A stretch of DNA of 64,000 bases from Octopus vulgaris (lineage: Eukaryota). Of this stretch, positions 54,007 through 64,000 are shown one piece after another (positions within the stretch are counted from its first letter, which is position 1; every line of letters starts with the position of its first letter). The notes under the pieces were generated by a model. That model was not told the DNA's origin, made no database searches, and saw only the letters and a program-made list of their open reading frames with translations. The stretch covers positions 109,244,001-109,308,000 of the forward strand of contig OX597817.1 in the NCBI GenBank assembly GCA_951406725.2. The letters are read 5' to 3'. Position numbers and translations under genes: made by a program.

Positions 54007-54053
54007 CCACCAGATAATGTGATTTCGACCTTCCTAGGTCTCGTCGATGATGG
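54007..54053 (-). ncRNA. Type I hammerhead-like motif with altered core
   Basis: CCATCA-TCGACGA-GACC-TAGGAA-GGTC-GAAA-TCACATTA-TC-TGGTGG: 6-bp stem I (one GU), perfect 4-bp stem II, GAAA, AUC site; core TCGACGA instead of CTGACGA. Confidence 0.55.
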
Positions 54054-55285
54054 ACGCTCGACCGATAGAAATAGCAGCGATTCATTCTATTGAATTACAT
54101 TAATAGCAATTCTTTATACTGTCTAACATTAGCAGTGATTTTATCATAGTGTATAAGATGCTTAGATCTGCCGCTTTAATACAGTTGCTACACTGTCACA
54201 ATTTAACACAAAACATTTATCTTGTTTTCCAATTAAAATAATTACCTTCGACAAATCCATATTCCTTCGTAATCTGTAAAGAAGAGACTTAACACGACAC
54301 TATAATTACAGCAATCAACATCAACCCCCGTCGGTCCGGAGTAGGCACGTTATATTCTTATACCTCAGGTTTTTCTTATAAAAAGAAAAACGAGCGGTTC
54401 TTAATGTTATTAATTTAAGAAAACAGTAATTATTTATTACATTGTTATTTTCTACATGAAGAGATTAATGTATTGCAAAACATCCCATTATATTCAGCTG
54501 TTATCAGTTTCTGGCTGTTTTCATAAATATTGTCGAAACAAAATAACGTACAAAGACTAAGCTGTTTTCGGGCATAAACCCTTTTCCTTTTTCGTTTGAA
54601 GTTTCTTACATATTTAACATGTGTTTGCCTCAGTGAACATTAAAGTTAAGCTCTAATCTACGTGTGAGTGTGTGTGTGTATATGCGTATGTGTGTGTATG
54701 TGTCTGTGGGTGTAATGAAATATGCATACGCTGAGTTACGGAGGTAATTTTATGAGAGACAAAGTAATTCGATTTTTTTACCGCATCTTGTTGAATTGTA
54801 ATTATTTACCTTTATATCAAGCATTGCTGGAAATAACGATACTAAAATATTAACTGCATGGTTTTATTGCTCAAATGTGTGTTGAGCGTTATACATTTTC
54901 GTGAATTTGTTGCATGTAACTAGTCATAACGTTATATATACAAAATGCATTATCACTGCATTCATTTAAATATTTCTCTAAGACCACTGGCTCATATCAT
55001 AATCTAATTACAATAGCTGAGATCAACGGTGATTATGCTGCATCTCGTGATTGTCAGACTCGGTTAACGAACTATAGTCATAAAATTTTAATTAGTTTTT
55101 TTTCCATTCAGAAGTGCATACATTTATTATGCCTTCTTCAAAATAACAAATTTAGATTGCATTTAACGGAGTTATACGACACGCTGTGATACCGCTTGCA
55201 GATTCACTTCATTAGAAGCGTATTTACGAAGGATTTAGAATGTCCAATAGGAAGTTTTATCAATGCTACTAAGATAAGTAAAATC

Positions 55286-55812
55286 GGTTTGAAATTTTGG
55301 TTCAAGGCCAGCAAATACGGGGAAGTGGGGTAGTCGATTACATCGACCCCAGTGCTCAGCTGGTATTTATTTTATCGATCTCAAAGTATAAAATGCAAAG
55401 TTGCCCTCGGTGGAATATGACCTCAAAGTATAAAGATGGACGACATGCCAGTATGCATTTTTGCTCAACTTGAGAAAGATCCTACCAGCTCATCAACTTT
55501 CAGTTAACTAATATTGATTCCAAATTTGGTACCGCTAAGCATTTCACCCGTCGTGCTAACGATGCTCCAATTCGCCGCCTTACTGTTAAGTAACATTAAA
55601 AATTTCTGTTAACTGAACGAGCTGGAAGAATTGTTAGCACGTCGGACTAAATACCGTTAACACCATTTCGACCGTCTTTACGTTCTGAGTTCAAATTCCT
55701 CTGAGGGACTTTGTCTCATATCGTTTCGGAGTTGTTAAAATAATTACTGGGGTGTATGTAATTGACGTAATCCTCCCCTGATATTGCTAGTCATGCACAA
55801 AAGTTTGAAGCC
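55286..55812. mobile_element. Cluster of three SINE family A copies (55286-55498 -, 55516-55579 - internally deleted, 55615-55812 +)
   Basis: Family A head, body and tail motifs in both orientations. Confidence 0.8.
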
Positions 55813-56164
55813 AATATTAAAACATATTTAGACAATATCCTTGATTACTATATAAACCCAGGGACAGGCTTATCGATCCAATTAAAAATAAAGGGAGATA
55901 ACTGAATGCTACAACGTTTTCTCCAATGTTCAACCGATTATCTCAATTCTCTGTATTACGTTTACAGGTTAGAGATAACTCATGGCGAATCATGGTTAAT
56001 CTAAAGCAATTTCATTTCACTACAGATAGCTTTTCATTTCTTTTGCAATGCTAATAGCTTTGATGAAAGCACGGGTATATATCAATTCTTCCCTAGTGTA
56101 CACCCATGGTCCCTTATATATGTAAAAATTAAACTTACTAGAAATAAAGAGTACGAGTAAATAA

Positions 56165-56369
56165 GGAGGTGAACTGGCAGAATCGTTACCGCGCCGGGCA
56201 GTCATTCTTAGCTGTATCTTGTCCATCTTTACGTCCTGAGTTCAAATCCCACCAAGGTCGTCCTTGCCTTTCATCATATTTGGGTCGATAAAATAGGTAC
56301 CACTGGGATCGATGTACATGACATAAGTCCCCCACCGAACTAGCTGGCCTCGTGCAAACATTTAAAGCC
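56165..56369 (+). mobile_element. tRNA-derived SINE family A
   Basis: GGAGGTGAACTGGCAGAATCGTTA..GAGTTCAAATCCC..GCCTTTCATC..GGGTCGATAAAATAGGTACCA. Confidence 0.85.
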
Positions 56370-57789
56370 GTTATTATGGTAAATATACTTCAAGGTTTAA
56401 AATTTAAATCAAAAAACTAAAATAACTGAAAAGAAAAATCGTTTGCTGACCATATTTTTAATATGCTGATGTACAGAATAGTTAAATTGTCATTTGTGGA
56501 AGATAATCTTCGATAGAGCTGTAATTGATTTCGCAAACGTAATTGGTTCAACAGCGTTCGGAATATATTGATGTCTCTTAAACATATTTCATCTATAATA
56601 CATGCAATACATTTACATTTGGTTGTGTCAGTCTCAGTTGTTTAAATCTTTCAATATTCATTCCAACTACATGAAACTACACAAAGAGCAAACAATCATC
56701 TTCTTTTAAACTCATTACTAATGTTCATTCTAGAAAATTCGCTTACAACTTCTCTACATGCATGGTCAAAGTCTATTATTCCGATATGGTGAATTACAAT
56801 ACACATTTGAATGGGCTTCTACTGTTAATCTGATAAATTTGGACTGATTTTATGGAACCATACAAAAGAGAAAGGCTTATACCCTCCAGAGAACTACTTC
56901 ATCTAAAAGGCGAATGACGTAGATTGTTCAATGATAGTCAGTATGCCTGATTATTTTCCTACATATTTCCTGTTGCTATTCCGTTCTGTTTCCAACTCAG
57001 CGAATACATAAGACAAGATAGCTTTTTGAACGTAAGATCTAATTACACAAATTATTTACATTTCAGCCTAATATGGTATTTCATTACGTAATCTATAGTA
57101 TTTTACCTACATGTATATTTATTTGTGTGTGAGAGAGGGGGAGTGTGCATGTGAGAGAGAGAAGTTGTGTGTGTGAGAGAGTGGGTGTATGTATGTGAGA
57201 GAGAGAGAGAGAGGGGGAGGAAAGAGAGATAGAGAGAAAGAGACTTAGTAATGAGAAAAACATTCTAAATAGAATATATTCAATATACTAATATTTTTCC
57301 TAATTCAAGGCTTTAGCTTTTAGCACTCGACACTACTTTTATTTATTGAATAACTGAAATGAATAAAAATTCTTGTCGAGAATCGGTGATGATTATTCAG
57401 GAAATATGAATATTCACATATATTGTAGATTAGCGATTGGTTTAAATGCTAGGTCTCTGGACTAAATACTTTAGAGAATAAACAGTTTACTTTAATCCCT
57501 CTAGAGTCTACAATGTAATTCCTTCTACTGGCGAAGGAGTATTAGATTCAGTTTATACTAGCCGCTTGAAAATAGACGTTAGGCATTTAATTAGCAATTC
57601 CAAATTGTTCCAATTTCTTTTCACTATTAATGTTTTAAGGAAAATATTTCAGTTTGGATTCAATGTAAACTGAAGCAGTAATTTTGTATGACATCCAATA
57701 CCAACTTGGAACAGTGTGCATTTAGAAAAGCACCTATGATAAATTTCAATTTGCATCAATTCGCATAAAATGATTGACGAACATCATTT

Positions 57790-58000
57790 GGTTTCAAATT
57801 TTGGCACAAAGCCAGGAAGTTCAGGGAAGGCGGCAAGTCGATTTCATCGACCCCGCTGCGCAACTGGTACTTATTTTATCGACCCCGAAAGGATAGAAGT
57901 AAAAGTCGTCCACGACGGAATACGACCTAAGAGTATAAAAACAGACGAAATACCGCTAAGTGTTTTCCCGGTGGGCTAACAATTCTTCCAGCTCACTGCC
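57790..58000 (-). mobile_element. tRNA-derived SINE family A
   Basis: GGTTTCAAATTTTGGCACAAAGCCAG..ACTGGTACTTATTTTATCGACCCCGAAAGGAT..GACGAAATACCGCTAAG. Confidence 0.85.
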
Positions 58001-58274
58001 TTTGACAAGCATCAACAGAAACATAATTAAGAAACAATAAGTTGCCCGTACATTTAAAAGAGAGAGGTTCAAATGAAGGTTGTTAGGGCATTTAGAATTT
58101 TAAAAAACCCAAAGCAAGAAATCCGAGCGTCAAGATTTTTAATCTATAACCGTAAGTTGCACTAAATATATTTTGCATCAACGAGAATTTGGTCAGGGAC
58201 AACAGAAAATAGTAAGTTTGCTGGTCATGAAAATAGGTAGAAGGATATATTTATATACATTATATATATATATT

Positions 58275-58514
<240 letters not shown>

Positions 58515-58794
58515 AGAAACAGAGAGAGAGAGAGAAGGAAAGAATACACCAGTGTTTCTCGACTTTTTTTTTACTATGGACCAAATTGATTCCTATTTTA
58601 CTCGGATGAACAAATGTCAAAGTGTTAGGTAAAAAAGGTATGGCTATACACTGCATCAAAGATGGAGTAGCAGAAAGCATATATAGATGCCAAGGTAGAT
58701 AGAGATGTATGCAAAAGTCTTTGAGCATGGCTAGTGTAAAGGCTAGCGGATATTGCATTAACATATACATACACATATATATGTATGTATATAT

Positions 58795-58845
<51 letters not shown>

Positions 58846-58867
58846 AAAAGAGAGAGAGAGAGAGATA

Positions 58868-58922
<55 letters not shown>

Positions 58923-58974
58923 TGTGTGTGTATGTATGTAAGTATGTAACATATGTACATAATATTATTTATTG

Positions 58975-59017
<43 letters not shown>

Positions 59018-61376
59018 AGGGAATGTCTAATTTCATTGTTCATTGACATGAAATCTTTAATGAACCTACTGTTGCTAATGTCATAGCAAAGTCAAATCTA
59101 TTGATATTTGCAGCCATGAAATTTATGTGTAATTCAGTTGATTTCATTCTCTAATTCTGCATTAAACTATTATTTTATTTAGCCTAAATTGACTGTAGGA
59201 TCGTTGAATTTCTATGGATGAGCTTTTAAGAATTATAACAAATTATCTAAGACATGCAGTATTAATTTTCGTGTGCCACTTTAACTTTCACCTATTACAG
59301 CGCTGTAATTAATTAGTGAATTCCCTCTGAGAGAATCTAATTTGATTTTAAAATCTAATAGAATAAATTTAGACTTTCTGATGTAGATATCGTATTTAAA
59401 CATGTTCAACAACTAATTATGTCAGACAGAAAAATTAATATCTTTTATGAAAGCATTAGATGAATTCTGTGTAAGTGAATCATTGAAATTTATTGCTCCA
59501 GACAACATACCACAAGCGTCCCGATTTTATGCTTTTGTTGAGATTGATAATGGAATCGGTGATGTTGTATTGCCCTATTTTACTTTAGCACATCTTCAGC
59601 AGCATGCTTACACATCTGAAGCACTTTAATATCTATCTAAATTGATTTTTATCAAACATATTGAGTTTTCTTAGCATAATAGAGTTTAAAGTGAAACCAC
59701 TTGATTTTGATATTTCTTATATTAATAATATAGAATTAGCAACAGATGACAGTTTTTTCTCTCTCCCAACAGCGTGTGTGTGTGTGTGTGTGTGTTAAGG
59801 AATGACTGATTTTGATTAATGTGTTTTCATCTTTAGAAGGAAAGCTGACGTCTTGAGGATTAATTAACTGCTCGCTTATATTAGAAAACGCGTCAACTCA
59901 TTGATTATTTATTACACAAAACAGACAGGTTAAATAGGTTCAATACGCTCTTAAGGAACTACTAAGAAAAACGAAACTGTTGACAATCTCACTCACAAAC
60001 CGAAGTAGAAATATCGGTCTCAGTTATTTATTCATTTATACAGATTGCAAGAAGCAGAAGAAGCATGAAATTTTGTTCTGCGATATTAATAGTGGCTGTC
60101 TAAATGCTGACTTTTAAATTGTATGATATGAAAGAGCATAACTTCACCAAGAGCTGGTTATTTTGCTATCTATTATGTTTAAGCAAAGGAAAATCTAATG
60201 TAGTTCTAATACTTTTGAGCATTATATTCTTAGAGGACAATTTATTTGATTTTGTCTTTGAAGTATTATGCATTGTCGATCATGAGTACTTTAGTAGAAT
60301 ACAAAGGAATGTTTATTTCTGTTTATAGCCACAAACGCTAGAAATATTCTTGGTCTATTGACCACAAGGACAGCAAAACAAAAAGACAATATAAAATCAA
60401 AAGAAAATGGGGATGGGGATTTACATAGAAAATTTCAAATAATTAAGAACAATAACAATATGCGAATAAATCTGACAAACGAATTGCCCAATTAGGAAGA
60501 AAAGGCTACCCTGGAGCATTCTACTCACCAGGAGTACCGGGGCAAGTGTCTTTCTCTCGTCTCCGTATTCCTCAGTCAACAAGCGCTAACTTAGATTAGG
60601 CCTACTCACTCGACCCACCTCGCCACACTCACCCACTTCTTAACAAATTGGTAGATTAAGGGAGCACATCCCTCTCAACCCTCTCCTTCCTTTTCAAATG
60701 AAATTTTAAAAAGTCGATGAGGGATTAACTGTAGCGAAAAGTATTCTTTATTCCTTTCCTTCTCTCCGATCACACAAACCCTCTTGCCATAGCCAGCAGA
60801 CAGTGGAAAACTACTTGCTCTTCCCGATCAAAGGAGAGGCGCGTAGAAATCTTGCACATCCATTATATTATGTTATATGAATATATATTTTACCCTAGCG
60901 CTTCTGTAGCATAATTCGAATTATATTCAGCCCAAGCATTATCATTTTAAAGCAGTTTATTTTTTATGCAATGTCTCTATATACATCATACCGGCCCTTT
61001 CGCCACCATTTCAGAATTGATAACACTGTTGCAAATAGCTATCACTTCCAAGGCGATTTCGTTCCACCTAGGTCTGAAGTAAAAATATATCATTTAAAAA
61101 ATAACAAATATGTAATGGACTTTTTCTATGGTTTCCCAGACGAAAACTGTAGCTTCTAGTATTTGAATGGCACACATACGCTAATCATTTCTATAAAAGT
61201 TATTGGAGCCTGAAATTTTGGCGGAGAGGGATAATTGATATTATTGATCCCATTCCTTGATTACTACTTATTATATACTCCAAAATGAGGCAAGGCAAAG
61301 TGATCCTCGATGGAATGTAAACTCAAATCGTAAAGACGGCCGAAATGCTACATGATCACTACCAGATCGCCCCCTA

Positions 61377-61527
<151 letters not shown>

Positions 61528-62900
61528 AGAGAAGTTGGAAGGCAAGTCGACGTCGAGAGGAATCTTCCAAGGAGATTCGGTGCGGCATTTACTGTTTATC
61601 TTTAATATGATGCTACTTTCCATGGTTCTGAGAAAGATGGGAGCTGCGTACAAGCTGCAGAAAAAACATGAAACTAATAATTCATCTGATGTTTCTGAAA
61701 GATTTGAAGCTTTACGATGATAATAGTGGGCGACTGGATTTCATTATTCATTCTGTGCAAATTTTATCTCAAGACGGAAATTGATATAGAGAAATGTGCA
61801 ACTGAAGAGAGGGCGAAAAGTTGACATCAGCGGAGTTCAACGTCCAGATTATTAACGGATAGGGGAAGTGAACAGAGTGACTAACAAGTATAATGTTTTA
61901 AAACTAGGCCAATTGCTGAACACCAAGATAGAAAAGTTTTCTTCTAAATATACCAGAGGAGTTATGAATATCTAAAATAAATGGAGGGAGCCAGATTACA
62001 GGCATCAACGCGTGTTGTGGAATGGCCGAAGGAAGATCTTGTCAACATAGATAGAAAAACTAGGAAAGTAATGGCTATGCCTAGGTGCCTTCATACATGG
62101 AATAACGTAACAAGTCTGTTCATTGTTAGGAAGGTAGGGGGAAAAGAGCCAGTTTGAATAGACGATAGTGTTGCAAAGATCAAGTTGTTGCATGTCTATC
62201 TAACGAATAGTGATTAAAGAACGTTGCAGGTTGCACTGAGAGAGAATGAAATCAATGACAATGGAGGGACCCTCCAGGAGTACTAAATGAGGACAGATAG
62301 AGAAAAGATCATCAACCGGAAAAAGAAAGTCCTACACGGAGAGTTTTTTCGACACCAGAAGAGGAAGCTCATGAAGAATCCTGGAGATTTTAAAGACGTG
62401 TTTTTTTTAAAGGGAGCGAACGGACTGATTCTTGCTACTCAAGAACAAGCTTTGTGTACTAAATTAATCAAACGTAACATTGATAAGATACGCAGCATCA
62501 CCTTTGTGTATACCATGTGGAAAATCATCTGAGACAGTTATATAATTAGTGGTTGCTCAAACTAGCCTAAAAGGAGTGCAAAAAACGCCATGAGAAAGCA
62601 GCATTGCAAATGCACTGGCCGTTGTACAAGTATGGGCTTGAATATTCCAGAAAGGGCTATGAGTACAAACTTTTGCCAGCAGCAGAGAATGACCAAGTGA
62701 GACTCACATGCGATGTGCCAATATATACAAACAAAAGTTTTCAACATAACCGATAAGATATCACTCCTACTAAGAGTCCGGAGAATGGTTCTGCATCAAC
62801 GTAGTTGCTCGTCAGGTTTGTTTTCGGCTTTAGAAGAACAAAATCAGCACGGAGAAATTGAACTGATAATGTAAAAGACTTAAGTAAGCAGTGTCAGCTA
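61528..62900 (+). mobile_element. Decayed R4/Dong-clade LINE (RT to zinc knuckle/RLE), 5' end abutting (AAT)n
   Basis: RGIFQGDS..LLF; HLMFLKDLKLY; WPKEDLVNIDRKTRKVM..RKVGGK; KVLHGEFFR..GLILATQEQALCTKLIKRNIDK; IISGCS..RHE..HW, the collinear R4/Dong motif order. Confidence 0.85.
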
Positions 62901-64000
62901 CAGCTAAATCCAGCTTGTTTCAGTAGTTCATTCACAATTTCCTGACTGAAATTTTGATTGCGTTTGACTTGACACTAAGTCGAAAATTTTACTGTGGCTC
63001 TGGCGACAGCAGAGATAGATTTAAATGACACAGCCAGAATTTTATTATAGACATATGTCCAAGAGCTCTATATGATGTATTAATAGCAGTAATTTGATAA
63101 ATATATTACTCATGAGATAACATACAATATCATATTCGTTTCTCTGGAATATTCGTAAATTAAAACTTGCATATACAATATATGTTAATACTAAATTTTT
63201 TCAAAGATAGTTTCTAACTAGTTCCAAAACGTTTTAGGTCGTATTCAGAAAAAGAATTATATTATCCTTTGACAGTTTAATTCATGAAAGTGAATTATGC
63301 TTGCAACCGAAACCGCTAAACGCAATCAACAACCCAACTCTACAGTCATTTTGAGAAACTGTGGCAACTATTCAGTCTAAAAAACGTACGTCTAGGAAAT
63401 ACTTGCCCACTCACTTTCACTTACACACCTTGATTTCCGGTTTCCCTCCAAGCTATAATGGAATGCATCTGCATAAGGTGTCGTTCGGAAACGATTAATT
63501 CTCAATAAAAAAAAAACATCTTAACCAGACAGACAACTTGTTTGCGCCAATCGAAATTACATCATTGTTAGTTACAGCACAATAAACGTATTCATAAAAA
63601 TAGCGATTACATATATTTAGCGTGTTCAAATACAATACTATAAATTGTTTATTTTCTGTTATAATGATGGAACCACATCCTATTGTTTTCTTACAAAATA
63701 AAAAGCTTTTGTCTGGATACCTTTCAGGGAATAATTCATATGGAGAACTTTCGCTAAATTGGTTTTGCATAAAAAACTATTTGAATCAACTAGCAGCTTC
63801 AGATTGTAAGCCTTTAGTGCGTGTGGTTGTAATACACAACGACACACACACACGCACACACACACGTATGGTTGTGTGTGTATATCTAAACACATGCATA
63901 CATACATACATACATACATACATACATACATACATACATACATGCATGCATGCATGCATGCATACATGCATACATACATACATACACACATACATATATG

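Noticed and set aside
59447-59629. 60-aa protein-like ORF (..RFYAFVEIDNGIGDVVLPYF..)
   Set aside because: Short, no motif I recognise, no clear splice structure.
61799-61823. CAA-CTGAAGA-GAGGGC-GAAA-AG-TTG hammerhead-like word
   Set aside because: Stem II is only 1 bp, there is no UH site, and it lies in R4 RT coding sequence (LKRG).
63426-63469. Possible 44-nt minus-strand exon (TGCAG..|GTAAGT)
   Set aside because: Weak polypyrimidine tract, no partner exon, unrecognised peptide.

Overview
AT-rich, microsatellite-saturated eukaryotic non-coding DNA (intergenic or intronic). The SINE families and repeat landscape look like an octopod cephalopod (Octopus sp.); this is an inference from repeat recognition. 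No intact host gene is identifiable, and almost every ORF in the supplied track is a microsatellite artefact. The window is dense in transposon remains: three Tc1/mariner elements (DD41D-like 11152-12398, internally deleted mariner 27373-28058, near-full-length irritans-type mariner 45975-47209), two Helitrons (one keeps the PIF1-helicase C-terminus), decayed RTE, CR1 and R4/Dong LINEs (two Dong-like copies sit in or next to (AAT)n arrays), and about 18 tRNA-derived SINE copies from at least three families. The most interesting layer is invisible in the ORF track. Several Penelope-like element (PLE) remnants, mostly next to microsatellites, carry minimal hammerhead-ribozyme motifs. One has the order GIY-YIG ORF end, tRNA-like Pol III promoter, (AAT)n, hammerhead (25641-26120, minus strand). 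Several microsatellite-embedded elements end in long fold-back hairpins. These include a 130-bp palindrome that turns inside a hammerhead and a 337-nt rod with hammerhead-core words paired in both polarities. A candidate RFX X-box/CCAAT promoter with ATG|GT lies at about 13.8 kb. All family assignments come from reading motifs by eye; no searches were run.
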